Under the pieces are notes generated by a model, which ran no database searches, had not been told where the DNA came from, and was given only the letters and a program-made list of their open reading frames with translations. The position numbers and the translations under genes are program-made. From assembly GCA_041984725.1 (NCBI GenBank), contig JBHIXO010000002.1, positions 4,880-68,879 on the forward strand: 64,000 nt of DNA, given 5' to 3'. Position 1 is the first letter of the stretch, and every line of letters starts with the position of its first letter. Shown here piece after piece: positions 1-8,628 of the stretch. Origin of the DNA: Acidimicrobiales bacterium. GTDB lineage: Bacteria; Actinomycetota; Acidimicrobiia; Acidimicrobiales; Salinilacustritrichaceae.

Positions 1-64
1 GTCCCGAAACACCGGATTGGGGGCGCTGTCGGGAGTCAGGGACTGTCTCCGAGCCCGGCGTTCC

Positions 65-86
65 TGTCGTAGACCCTGCGTACGGT
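65..86 (+). promoter_or_regulatory. PafBC/RecA-NDp-like DNA-damage promoter (TGTCGT-N10-TA-N3-T) upstream of the HNH gene
   Basis: tgtcgt-agaccctgcg-ta-cgg-t, one mismatch to the mycobacterial consensus TGTCGG-N10-TA-N3-T. The ATG lies 6 nt downstream (leaderless). Confidence 0.55.
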
Positions 87-92
87 TGCCCG

Positions 93-608
93 ATGACCTC
101 CCGCAAGCCGAGTGGATCGAGGAACTGCCCTAGCTGTGCGCGCGAGTTCTCGCCGTCGAGCCGGCACCTCCGGTGCCCTTCCTGTCGGCTGCAGGAATCG
201 CTCGATCGATGCGAGTGCGGATCGCTGAAGCAGCCGACGTCGGCGACGTGCCGGAACTGTCAGCCCACCGGCGGAGAGGCCAACGGGAACTGGAAGGGCG
301 GAAAGACGTACCACAAGGCGGGATACGTGATGCGCCGCGTGCCTGGCCACCCAAGAGCGCGTTCGCGGAGTCCGTACGTGTTCGAGCACGTCCTCGTGAT
401 GGAGGCAGAGCTCGGTCGGTTCCTCCTGGCGGACGAGTCCGTGCACCACCTCAACGGCGTGAAGGACGACAACCGGCGCGAGAACCTGGAGCTCTGGGTT
501 CGCCCGCAGCACAGCGGGATCCGGGCTTCGGATGCCGTGGCCTGGGCGAAGGAGATCCTTCGCCGCTACGAGGGGGCATCGGGCAGCTCCAACAACGCTC
601 GAACCTGA
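93..608 (+). CDS. HNH endonuclease (HNH_3-like) with N-terminal Cys-rich Zn-finger segments
   Basis: YVFEHVLVME...VHHLNGVKDDNRRENLELW motif; four CxxC/CxC pairs at the N-terminus. Confidence 0.85.
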   Translation: MTSRKPSGSRNCPSCAREFSPSSRHLRCPSCRLQESLDRCECGSLKQPTSATCRNCQPTGGEANGNWKGGKTYHKAGYVMRRVPGHPRARSRSPYVFEHVLVMEAELGRFLLADESVHHLNGVKDDNRRENLELWVRPQHSGIRASDAVAWAKEILRRYEGASGSSNNART

Positions 609-629
609 GCTCGAGCGCTCTTGGAGCTG
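584..629. repeat. Imperfect inverted repeat/hairpin spanning the HNH stop codon and the tmRNA fragment
   Basis: cagctccaa (584-592) pairs with ttggagctg (621-629); cgctcga (596-602) pairs with tcgagcg (611-617). Confidence 0.7.
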
Positions 630-645
630 GGGGGAATCGAACCCC
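622..645 (-). mobile_element. tmRNA (ssrA) 3'-end fragment, probable att-site remnant
   Basis: Minus strand reads GGGGTTCGATTCCCCCCAGCTCCA, a T-arm plus the CAGCTCCA Ala-type acceptor end. No 5' part of the RNA is recognisable upstream. Confidence 0.7.
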
Positions 646-710
646 GGGGGAGCGAAGCGGCGCGAAAGGCCTGGTCAGGCGGGGTGCGACGCCGACGGAC
701 TCAGTCCGGT

Positions 711-731
711 GGGAGTAACCGCGGGAGTAAC
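711..731. repeat. Direct repeat GGGAGTAAC x2, possible integrase arm-type sites
   Basis: gggagtaac at 711-719 and 723-731, about 65 bp from the att-like core. Confidence 0.4.
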
Positions 732-890
732 GGCACCGTCCGTGTACCGGGGTGGTCGGCTCGGTGTCGTCGACGGACAGGGGCGGACGTTGGTGGACCT
801 CCGTGGACGGGAGCTCCGTCGCGGCGGTCACCAGGCCGACGTCCGTCCTCGTTCGTGGACGTCCACCGGCGTGCCGAGGGCGAAGGCCGT

Positions 891-918
891 TACGGCTCCG
901 CCCAGGTGGCCGTACACT
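891..918 (+). promoter_or_regulatory. TA operon promoter/operator
   Basis: Inverted repeat TACGGC-N12-GCCGTA overlaps a TACACT -10 box; AGGAGG RBS at 927-932. Confidence 0.55.
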
Positions 919-937
919 GGCCGGACAGGAGGTCGTC

Positions 938-1222
938 ATGTCGACAACACGACTACGCAGCGAACGGCTCGAGGTTCGCACCACGAAGGACGAGCGATCG
1001 CTGATCGACCGAGCCGTCGCTGAGCAGGGCACTGACCTGACGGAGTTCGTGATCTCGAACCTGACAGTCGCGGCTCGGCGGGTGCTTGCGGATCGGACCG
1101 ACTTCCGTCTCGATCCGGATGCTGCGGACGCGTGGGATGCTGTCAACCGGCGCCTGGGACGCGACCTCCCCGGTCTGCGTCGCCTGATGGACCGTCCGTC
1201 GCCGTTCACCGACAAGGAGTGA
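938..1222 (+). CDS. DUF1778 family RHH antitoxin (TacA/AtaR-like)
   Basis: SERLEVRTTKDERSLIDRAV...LTEFV...AARRVLADRTDFRLD pattern; GTGA overlap with the GNAT gene. Confidence 0.85.
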   Translation: MSTTRLRSERLEVRTTKDERSLIDRAVAEQGTDLTEFVISNLTVAARRVLADRTDFRLDPDAADAWDAVNRRLGRDLPGLRRLMDRPSPFTDKE

Positions 1223-1734
1223 GCGTCGCCTATCGATCGCCGGTCCTGCTCGAACCCGACCACGACCTTGACGGTTTCGAGTGTCGTTCGGAGGAGCAGA
1301 CAGAGTGGCTCCGCCGGCATGCTCGCCAGTCGAGTGGCTCGGGGACGACGCGTGTGTTGGTGGTCACGACGGTCGACTCGCTGGAGGTCGTCGCCTTCTA
1401 CGCCTGGTGCATGGCCAGCGTGGCGCCGGCCGACGCACCGGCCCGGCTGCGGAAGGGTGCCGGGCGCTACCCCCAGCCCGTCGCCTTGCTCGCGCGGTTG
1501 GGCGTCGCGCTCGAGCACGAAGGTCACGGCCTCGGCGCCGGGCTCCTGCAGGACGTGATCGCTCGGACGCATGCGTTGGGGTCCGAGATCGGCTGTCGAG
1601 AACTACTCGTGCACGCTGAGACGAGTGAAGCGAAGTCGTTCTACGAGCACCTCGTGCCCGAGTTCGAGCCGTCGCCCACCGACCTGCTGCACCTCTTCCT
1701 GCTCATGAAGGACATCCGGCGCACGCTCTCGTGA
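1219..1734 (+). CDS. GNAT acetyltransferase toxin (TacT/AtaT-like)
   Basis: HDLDGFEC...WLRRHA, PVALLARLGV, GHGLGAGLL acetyl-CoA motif; coupled to the DUF1778 gene. Confidence 0.85.
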   Translation: MSVAYRSPVLLEPDHDLDGFECRSEEQTEWLRRHARQSSGSGTTRVLVVTTVDSLEVVAFYAWCMASVAPADAPARLRKGAGRYPQPVALLARLGVALEHEGHGLGAGLLQDVIARTHALGSEIGCRELLVHAETSEAKSFYEHLVPEFEPSPTDLLHLFLLMKDIRRTLS

Positions 1735-1764
1735 ACTCCCCGGGGTCGAGGCCGTCCGTCGATA

Positions 1765-1959
1765 GGGGGCGGTGATGGCGTGCCAGCCGGCGTGGGCGAC
1801 GGCGTGGGCGGTGTCGTCCCAGGCGCGTCGGCTCTGCCCGGCGCCGTGGAGGCACAGCACCGGTGGATGGGTGGGGTTGCCCCAGCGGTCGGCGGCGAGG
1901 TGCAGGCCGCCGCTGGTGGTCAGTCGTATGGGCTCGGGGGTGGTGTGGTTCGTGGTCAT
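1765..1959 (-). pseudogene. 3'-truncated alpha/beta hydrolase
   Basis: The first ~64 codons (SGGLHLAAD..PVLCLHGAGQSRRAW) align with the 20201-21073 hydrolase, and similarity stops just before the DLRGHG motif. Confidence 0.75.
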
Positions 1960-2110
1960 GGTGTGGTGGCGAGCTCGAAGTGGAGGTCGATTCGGAAGTT
2001 GATGCTGCTGAAGGTGTTGTTCATCTTCTGGTCGGTGATGACGGGGAGACCGAGGTCTGGGACCCAGCAGGAGGTGGCGTGTTGTTCTCCTCGGATGTCG
2101 CCGGTGGGAC
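1956..2110 (-). pseudogene. 3' remnant of an unknown gene (…CWVPDLGLPVITDQKMNNTFSSINFRIDLHFEL)
   Basis: Codons look coding only in the last ~50 positions of ORF 1956-2432; ATGA overlap with the hydrolase start. Confidence 0.4.
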
Positions 2111-2133
2111 GAGCTTGGAGAACGATCGGGCGA

Positions 2134-2432
2134 TCACGGTTGCTGGTCACCTTCGGAGCAGGAAGAGGGGTCGCTGGGGGCGAGGCCGAGGATCTCGTCC
2201 AGGGCGGCGGCGGGCTCTTCGCCGGGGAAGGTCTCGGCCGGCGTTGGTCGGGGACACGTGGGCTCGGGTGAGAGCAGGAGCTCCAGGTCGGCTCGGAGCT
2301 CGGCGACTTCCGCCGCCCTGCGCTCGGCAGCCGGTGTGGTCGCCGATGGCCGAGCGTCGTCCGCGCCTTCCAGGTCGCATCCGGTGAAGAGCAACGCGCT
2401 CGACACCATGGCCCCACCATCGCCGACCTCAC
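2134..2432 (-). pseudogene. Small putative lipoprotein, probably frameshifted near 2413
   Basis: GTG at 2432 is coupled to the upstream stop. Adding one G to the G4 run gives MRSAMVGAMVSSALLFTGC, a lipobox-like signal. Confidence 0.4.
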
Positions 2433-3331
2433 GTTGGGCCTCGGCTCGACGCCAGGTCGATGACGTGGCCAGGCGTCGACAAGCCGCGAACCGAGACGTG
2501 GTGTCGGTGGGCCAGGTCGAGGCGGTGCAGCAGTTCGTCACCGAGCAGCACGAGCGGCTCGCACCGCATGCCGGCCCCGAGCACTGCACGACCGAGACCG
2601 TGTACGGCGAGCCCGAACGCCACCGCATCCCAGCGGGCCTCCAACGAACGCGCGACCGCCCCCGCCGTCCGTAACAGCCTCGGCGGGCGAAGGTGGCACA
2701 GCTCCGCCACCGCGTCAGCCATGCGCACCGGATCACGGTCGGCCAACGCCACCACGATCTGGCGCAGCATGCTGCGCTGATCGTTCTCGAGGCGGGCGGC
2801 GACGACGACGTCTTCGCACACGAGACGTCTGGTTCGGCCGACTCGTACCTCTCCGGTACCGACCAAGACTCCGGCGTCGAAGACGCCGGACAGAAGGCTG
2901 GTCACATAGTCATCGACCTCGACGTCACCGGCATGGCTCTGGCGGGAAGCCCAAGGCAGATGGTCGATCCACACATCGCCGCCATCGACACCGACCACGT
3001 CGGGCACGTCGACGCCGCCGACGAGCGCAGAACCGATCCGGTGCCCCGCAGCAAGCACGGGCGCGGCCTCCACGGTGGTGCGACGCACGAAGCACGGGAA
3101 TCCCGCCGAGTCCGACGCGACGCACAGAACGCTCGACCGGCCCGAGGCGACCGGGCGAACATCGACAACCCCCGGCGCAGGCCTGGCAACCGATCGGGGA
3201 TCACAGGTCCATGCCAGCCGGTCGATGGTCGGTGCCCGAACGACACCCTCGACCACGCCGATACGACAACGCCCGAGCCGCTGCGCCTCGATCTCCTCGA
3301 ACCGGTCGAACCGGACAGCACTCGACACCAT
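2429..3331 (-). CDS. UbiB/ABC1 (AarF)-like degenerate kinase-fold protein, copy A
   Basis: Colinear similarity to 48151-48996 and to ABC1 segments (RPVAS, VxVP, RLE..R..L..IVVALADRD); catalytic motifs absent. Confidence 0.6.
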   Translation of the reverse strand: MVSSAVRFDRFEEIEAQRLGRCRIGVVEGVVRAPTIDRLAWTCDPRSVARPAPGVVDVRPVASGRSSVLCVASDSAGFPCFVRRTTVEAAPVLAAGHRIGSALVGGVDVPDVVGVDGGDVWIDHLPWASRQSHAGDVEVDDYVTSLLSGVFDAGVLVGTGEVRVGRTRRLVCEDVVVAARLENDQRSMLRQIVVALADRDPVRMADAVAELCHLRPPRLLRTAGAVARSLEARWDAVAFGLAVHGLGRAVLGAGMRCEPLVLLGDELLHRLDLAHRHHVSVRGLSTPGHVIDLASSRGPT

Positions 3332-3354
3332 CGCCCCGAGACAGTAACTTCAGT

Positions 3355-3371
3355 TTCGACACAGTGTCCAA
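3355..3371. promoter_or_regulatory. 17-bp palindromic operator (TTCGA-cacagtg-TCCAA)
   Basis: Near-perfect palindrome between the divergent genes; overlaps the -35 of a minus-strand promoter (TGGACA-18-TACTGT). Confidence 0.6.
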
Positions 3372-3501
3372 CATGACGTCGAACAGCACGTCGAAGCACA
3401 GCGCCGAAGACGCTCCCGAGTCGAAGCGAACGAGATCGAGCCAACACACCGTGCCCTCAACCACCACCCGACAGATCCCGCAGCCCGCGACACTGGTCGG
3501 C

Positions 3502-4089
3502 ATGCGCGAGATCCCCGCCGAGATGGCCGCCAACCTGCGGACCGCCGCCGACCGGCTCCTCGAGTCCTTCGACGACGTGCAGATGTATGACATCGCCGAG
3601 GCCGCCGGCGTGGCTCGCTCGTCGCTCTACTACTACTTCGCCAACAAGGACGACATCCTGGCGTTCCTGCTGCGGTCGATGCTCGAGGAGCTGACCACGG
3701 CCACCGTCGAGGCCGCGTCCGGGCCCGGTACGCCCTCGGAACGGTTGTCCGCGGTGATCCGCGCCCAGCTCGAGCACCTCGACCGCCACCCGGCAGCGAG
3801 CCAGCAGCTCATCGCCAACCTCGGGCGCGCCGGCAAACTCCCCGACATCGCCACCCAGGTCCACCAAGGCTTCGAAGTGCCCGTGCGCCACCTCCTCGCC
3901 GAAGGCGCCGCCGACGGGACCCTGCGAGCCGTGGCGCACGAAGACCTCGGCGCGACTGCGCTGTTCGGCGCTGTGCTGGTCATCGGGCTGCGGGCACTCG
4001 TCGTCGACGGCCATATCGACGTCGACCGGGTCATGGCCCTGATCGGTCCGATGTTCTGGCACGGCATCACCCCACCCGAGACCGAATGA
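3502..4089 (+). CDS. TetR/AcrR family regulator (paralog of 49103-49687)
   Basis: HTH DIAEAAGVARSSLYYYF; N-terminal MREIPAEMA and C-terminal PMFWxG shared with the paralog. Confidence 0.9.
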   Translation: MREIPAEMAANLRTAADRLLESFDDVQMYDIAEAAGVARSSLYYYFANKDDILAFLLRSMLEELTTATVEAASGPGTPSERLSAVIRAQLEHLDRHPAASQQLIANLGRAGKLPDIATQVHQGFEVPVRHLLAEGAADGTLRAVAHEDLGATALFGAVLVIGLRALVVDGHIDVDRVMALIGPMFWHGITPPETE

Positions 4090-4490
4090 CCACGGCGGCC
4101 GACGCTCGACCCGACCTCCCACGCTGGAGCAGCCTCGCGATCGCGGCCCTGATCGGCGTCGCCGTCGGACTCGCGACGGGGTGGATCGTCCTCGGCCTGA
4201 CCCGCCCCAGCGACGACGAGCTGCAGCGAGCCGCGCTCGAGGAGATCGGCCTGCCCGCCGACCTCGAAGACGCTCCCCTCATCAGCTCGGTGCTCGACAC
4301 CTACACCGACCGGATCGAGGAGCGAATCGTCGCCGAGTCGCGCTCGAGCGCCGGGCTCGCGCTCGCCGTCGGCGTGATCGTCGCTGTCACGACGACCGCC
4401 GCTGCCCATGTGAGCGCAGCTCGCACCAGCCCAACGGACCCTCACCAACCCGACGATGACATGGAGGTGGCGCATGGCCGCCGTCACTGA
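4086..4490 (+). CDS. Hypothetical two-TM membrane protein
   Basis: Two hydrophobic segments; ATGA overlap with TetR. Confidence 0.6.
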   Translation: MTTAADARPDLPRWSSLAIAALIGVAVGLATGWIVLGLTRPSDDELQRAALEEIGLPADLEDAPLISSVLDTYTDRIEERIVAESRSSAGLALAVGVIVAVTTTAAAHVSAARTSPTDPHQPDDDMEVAHGRRH

Positions 4491-5730
4491 TACCGACGCC
4501 GACAACGTCCTGATCCGGCTCCTGCTCACCCCCGAAGGCCGAGCCGACCCCTACGCCCACTACCGCCAGCTACGAGAGGCAGCACCCGTGCTGCGCAGCA
4601 GCTTCGGGCCCATCGTCCTGTCCCGCTACGGAGACTGCATGACGGCGCTGCGGGACCCGCGTCTCGGGCGCGGCATGGCCCTGCGGGGACGAGCCGGGAT
4701 GCCGGGCATCGGCTTCGCGGGCTTCGACATCGACCCCGAGCTTCGACGCCAGTTCTTCGACCGGGCCGGCAACAACATGCTCTTCGCCGACCCACCCGAC
4801 CACACGCGACTCCGCCGCCTCGTCAGCCGAGCCTTCACCCCCAAACGCGTCGAGTCCCTCCGCCCCGCGGTGCGGGCCATGGTCGACCAGCACATCGACA
4901 CCATGCTCGATGCCGGCGACGTCGACGTGATGGAGGTCCTTGCGTTCCCGTTGCCCGTCGCCGTGATCGGCGAGCTCGTCGGCGTCCCCGCCCAGGACCG
5001 CCCCGCGTTCCAACCGCTCATCCGCGCCGCAGTCGTCGCCCTCGACCCCAGCGCGGGCCGGGACTCGATGACCGCTGCGGCCGCGGCGATGGACCAGGCC
5101 CGCTCCTACTTCGCCGATCTGGTCGACGAACGCCGCCGCACACCACAGGACGACCTGCTCTCCGGGCTGATCGCCAGCCGCGACGCCGGCGACGCCCTCA
5201 CCGACGACGAGGTCATCGCCACCGCCGTCCTGCTGTTCTCCGCCGGCTTCGAGGCCACCACCAACCTCATCGGCAACGGCCTCCTCGCCCTGCTCCAGCA
5301 CCCCGACCAGCTCGAACGCTGGCGGAACGACCCGGACCTCGCCCACACCGCCGTCGAAGAGCTGCTCCGCTGGGACAGCCCCGTGCAGCTCAACATGCGC
5401 ACCGCCCTCGAACCTGCCGACATCGCAGGCGAACCCCTCGAACCCGGCGACTCGGTCGTCATCCTCCAAGGGGCCGCCAACCGCGACCCCGAACGGTTCG
5501 ATCACGCCGAGCAGCTCGACCTCGGCCGCAGCGACAACAGCCCGCTCAGCTTCGGATGGGGCATCCACCACTGCCTCGGCGCCAGCCTCGCCCGAATGGA
5601 AGGCGAAGAGGTCTTCAGCACCCTCTTCGCCCGCTGCCGCACCATCGACCCCCGGTTCACCGAACCCGAATGGCGCACCACCCTCACCCTCCGGGGCCTC
5701 GCCACCCTGCCCGTCGAGGTCGCAGCATGA
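4474..5730 (+). CDS. Cytochrome P450
   Basis: FGWGIHHCLG heme motif, EELLR (ExxR), I-helix AGFEAT, DPPDHTRLR. Confidence 0.95.
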   Translation: MAAVTDTDADNVLIRLLLTPEGRADPYAHYRQLREAAPVLRSSFGPIVLSRYGDCMTALRDPRLGRGMALRGRAGMPGIGFAGFDIDPELRRQFFDRAGNNMLFADPPDHTRLRRLVSRAFTPKRVESLRPAVRAMVDQHIDTMLDAGDVDVMEVLAFPLPVAVIGELVGVPAQDRPAFQPLIRAAVVALDPSAGRDSMTAAAAAMDQARSYFADLVDERRRTPQDDLLSGLIASRDAGDALTDDEVIATAVLLFSAGFEATTNLIGNGLLALLQHPDQLERWRNDPDLAHTAVEELLRWDSPVQLNMRTALEPADIAGEPLEPGDSVVILQGAANRDPERFDHAEQLDLGRSDNSPLSFGWGIHHCLGASLARMEGEEVFSTLFARCRTIDPRFTEPEWRTTLTLRGLATLPVEVAA

Positions 5731-5849
5731 CCCAAGCCACGATCACCTTCGACCCCTACGACGCCGACGTCCTCGACGACCCCTACCCCCACTACGCCCA
5801 GCTCCGAGATCATGCCCCGGTCCACTCTGTTCGGCACCCTGCATCGTGA
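5727..5849 (+). pseudogene. N-terminal fragment of a second cytochrome P450
   Basis: MTQATITFDPYDADVLDDPYPHYAQLRDHAPVH is a typical P450 N-terminus, then the sequence stops abruptly; ATGA-coupled. Confidence 0.75.
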
Positions 5850-5888
5850 TTCGGCTCGACGGGGTCGGATGCCTTGTCGATGGTCGTT

Positions 5889-6728
5889 TCAGCGGGCGAT
5901 GCAACGAGCCTGACTGAGGACTACGTTGCGCTTCTGAGTCTCGGCTTGGACCAAGGCGCCGTCTTCGGTCTTCCAGATCTTGGTGATGATCTCGTCCCCG
6001 GGCCAAACCTGATCGGCGAACCGACCCTGGAGAGTTCCGAACGCATCTACGTCTCCGCCGAAGACGCCCTCGAGCACAGCGCGTCCGACGAAGCCGAATG
6101 TGCAGAGCCCATGGTTGAACGGTGCGTCGAAGCCCGCCAGCTTTGCGAAGCCGGGATCGATGTGCAGCGGATTCCGGTCGCCGGAGAGGCGGTAGATCGC
6201 CGCCTGTTCGATTCGCGTCTCGTGCTCGATGACCACGTCCGGCGCCCGGTCTGGCGGAGCGTCCCGGCCCGCTGACGACGGGCCCCGCTCACCACCGAAT
6301 CCGCCGGCTCCGCGTACGAACAGGGTCGCCGATGCCGTGAACATCGGCCCGTCGGCGTCGGAGGCGGTGCCCTCGAACCCGATCACGGCCGCCTTCTCCT
6401 TGTCCCAGATCTGGTTGATGCGGCCCTGGATCTCGACGTCGGCCCGTGGCGGGATCGTCCGGTGGCAGGTGATCGATTGTTCACCGTGGAGGATCATCGT
6501 GGGATCGACGTCGACTTCGCCGAAGAGGTGGCCCATCGCCGACAGTCCGGGAATGACCCCGTAGGTGGGGAGGACCTTGGGGCCGTTGCCCTCGTAGAGG
6601 AAGTCGAGATCCGCGGGTGGGCGTGCCCCCACGCCGAGCGCGTAGAGCATTACATCCTTGTCGGTCCAGCTGATCGAGGTCGGTGGGAGTTCGTGGCCCA
6701 GTAGATCGGGGGAAAGCGGTCGCGTCAT
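5889..6728 (-). CDS. Double hotdog (MaoC-like) R-specific enoyl-CoA hydratase 2
   Basis: YALGVG, LHGEQ and YRLSGDRNPLHIDP hydratase-2 motif; start set at MTRPL. Confidence 0.9.
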   Translation of the reverse strand: MTRPLSPDLLGHELPPTSISWTDKDVMLYALGVGARPPADLDFLYEGNGPKVLPTYGVIPGLSAMGHLFGEVDVDPTMILHGEQSITCHRTIPPRADVEIQGRINQIWDKEKAAVIGFEGTASDADGPMFTASATLFVRGAGGFGGERGPSSAGRDAPPDRAPDVVIEHETRIEQAAIYRLSGDRNPLHIDPGFAKLAGFDAPFNHGLCTFGFVGRAVLEGVFGGDVDAFGTLQGRFADQVWPGDEIITKIWKTEDGALVQAETQKRNVVLSQARCIAR

Positions 6729-6761
6729 GCGACGAAGTCTGTCTCGTTCCTGCGCATTTCT

Positions 6762-6787
6762 CAAGACGATCATGAATGGATGTCTCA
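6762..6787. promoter_or_regulatory. N14 operator site 1
   Basis: CAAGAC-N14-GTCTCA upstream of the hydratase. Confidence 0.65.
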
Positions 6788-6873
6788 TTCCAGCCTCACC
6801 TTGGATGATCGCCTCGCGCGGCCGTGGTTGAAGCATGCTGCAGGGAATCCGCTGCAGGGAGGGTGCCTCAAGA

Positions 6874-6899
6874 TGAGACAAAACTTTCGATGCGTCTAG
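6874..6899. promoter_or_regulatory. N14 operator site 2
   Basis: TGAGAC-N14-GTCTAG upstream of the mce operon. Confidence 0.65.
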
Positions 6900-6967
6900 G
6901 TAGGAGATGACTCGCATCGTGGCGAACGTCACTCTACAGTCGCACTCGTTGGGTCGAACTGGGGGAG

Positions 6968-7768
6968 ATGCGCGTGACCGCCGTGACTGCTGTGCTGACA
7001 GGCAAGGCTCGTGGATTCGTCGACGAGCTCGGACGGATCTTCGGTCTCTGCTGGGCGGTCCTCATCCGCATCCCTCGCCGCCCGTGGCGGCCGCGTGCCG
7101 TTGCCGAACAGGTCTGGTTCGTCGCGTCGGTGACCTTGTTCCCGGCGATGCTGCTCACACTGAGTTTCGGGTTGGTGATCGGCTTGCAGGTGTACAACAT
7201 CACCCGGCAGTTCGGGGCCGAGTCGGCACAGGGTGCGGCTATGGTGTTGGCGATCGTGCGCGAGGCGGGTCCCCTCGGGACGACCTTCATGCTCGCTGCA
7301 GCCGCGGGAACGGCGATCACCGCTGACATCGGGAGCCGCACCGTCCGCGACGAGATCGCGGCGATGCAGGTGATGTCGGTGGATCCGATCCATCGCCTCG
7401 TGGTGCCGCGGGTGCTCGGAGCCTCCATTGCCGCCGGGCTCATGACCGGGATCGTGATCATGGGTGGCCTCGCCGGCGGGTTCTTCTACTCCGTCCTCCT
7501 GAAGGGCTCGAACGCGGGAGCGTACATCGACGGCTTCTCCGTCCTCGCGCAGATGCCCGACCTCTACCTGGCGCTGGCGAAGGGCATGGTCTTCGGGGTC
7601 GTCGCTGCGATCATCGCAGCCTGGCGCGGCCTGTACGCCAAGGGCGGCGCTGGCGGAGTGGGCTACGCGGTGAACACGGGCGTGGTCATCACGATCCTGG
7701 CGCTGGTTGTCGTCAACATGATCATGACCTTCGGCTACCTCGCGATCGTCCCGGACGCGATCCAATGA
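6968..7768 (+). CDS. yrbEA: Mce system permease YrbEA (MlaE family)
   Basis: IVREAGPL...TAITADIGSRTVRDEIAAMQVMSVDPIHRLVVPR. Confidence 0.9.
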   Translation: MRVTAVTAVLTGKARGFVDELGRIFGLCWAVLIRIPRRPWRPRAVAEQVWFVASVTLFPAMLLTLSFGLVIGLQVYNITRQFGAESAQGAAMVLAIVREAGPLGTTFMLAAAAGTAITADIGSRTVRDEIAAMQVMSVDPIHRLVVPRVLGASIAAGLMTGIVIMGGLAGGFFYSVLLKGSNAGAYIDGFSVLAQMPDLYLALAKGMVFGVVAAIIAAWRGLYAKGGAGGVGYAVNTGVVITILALVVVNMIMTFGYLAIVPDAIQ

Positions 7769-8628
7769 CGACGACGACGCCCACGCCGACGTCGAGTTCG
7801 CTGAAGGCCGCGACGCAGGCCGCGCTTGCCCCCGCAGCGCGGCCGTTCCGCGTGGCAGCGGACATCGGTCAGGTGAGTTTCAAGGCTCTGGTGAATGTCC
7901 CGGCGGCGTTCGCGCACCGGGCGTACATCGTGAAGCTCATCTCCGACGTCGCGGTCGGGTCGGGTGCGATGATCGTCGGCGCGGGCGCAGTGATCGTGGT
8001 CGTGTTCATGACCGCGGTGATCGGCGTGCAGGTCGGGCTCGAGGGATACGAGGGTCTCGAACTGATCGGGGCCGAGGACCTGATCGGGTTCCTCTCGGCC
8101 TTCGCCAACGTGCGCGAGATCACGCCACTCGCTGCCGGGATCATCTTCGCCGCGCAGATCGGTGCGAACTTCACGGCAGAACTCGGCGCGATGCGAATCT
8201 CCGACGAGGTCGACGCCATCGAGGCGATGGGCATCAGCTCGCTGCGCTACCTCGTCTCGACCCGGCTGGTGGCCTCGTTCGTCACCGTGCTCCCGCTCTA
8301 CGTGATCGGGCTCTACATCCAGCTTCTGACGACCAAGCTCACGTCCACGGTCTTCTTCGGGGTCGCGCCCGGCGTCTACGACCAGTACTTCGGTCTGTAC
8401 CTGCCGAAGATCGATGTCGTCTACAGCGTCATCAAGATCCTCGTGTTCATCGCGATCATCACGTTCACGCATTGCGCCTACGGGTTCCGGGTGTCGGGCG
8501 GGCCCGAGGACGTCGGTTTCGCCGTGGGTCGGGCGGTCCGCCTGTCGATCACCCTGATCTTCATCGTCAACTTCTTCCTCTCGCTCTCGTTCTGGGGGGC
8601 GGGCGACACCGTGAGGTTCTCCGGATGA
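7765..8628 (+). CDS. yrbEB: Mce system permease YrbEB (MlaE family)
   Basis: FTAELGAMRISDEVDAIEAMGI...GGPEDVGFAVGRAVR. Confidence 0.9.
   Translation: MTTTTPTPTSSSLKAATQAALAPAARPFRVAADIGQVSFKALVNVPAAFAHRAYIVKLISDVAVGSGAMIVGAGAVIVVVFMTAVIGVQVGLEGYEGLELIGAEDLIGFLSAFANVREITPLAAGIIFAAQIGANFTAELGAMRISDEVDAIEAMGISSLRYLVSTRLVASFVTVLPLYVIGLYIQLLTTKLTSTVFFGVAPGVYDQYFGLYLPKIDVVYSVIKILVFIAIITFTHCAYGFRVSGGPEDVGFAVGRAVRLSITLIFIVNFFLSLSFWGAGDTVRFSG

Noticed and set aside
1-35. Possible structured RNA end at the window start
   Set aside because: Too little sequence to support a call
622-720. Complete tRNA-Ala or tmRNA gene on the minus strand
   Set aside because: Only the last 24 nt match. The T-stem breaks at the fifth pair and no D-arm, anticodon arm or GGGGCTG 5' end is found upstream.
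3211-3501. N-terminal extension of the TetR ORF (likewise 48317-49102)
   Set aside because: Paralog alignment begins at MRE[IV]PAEM, and the extensions overlap the divergent genes and operators
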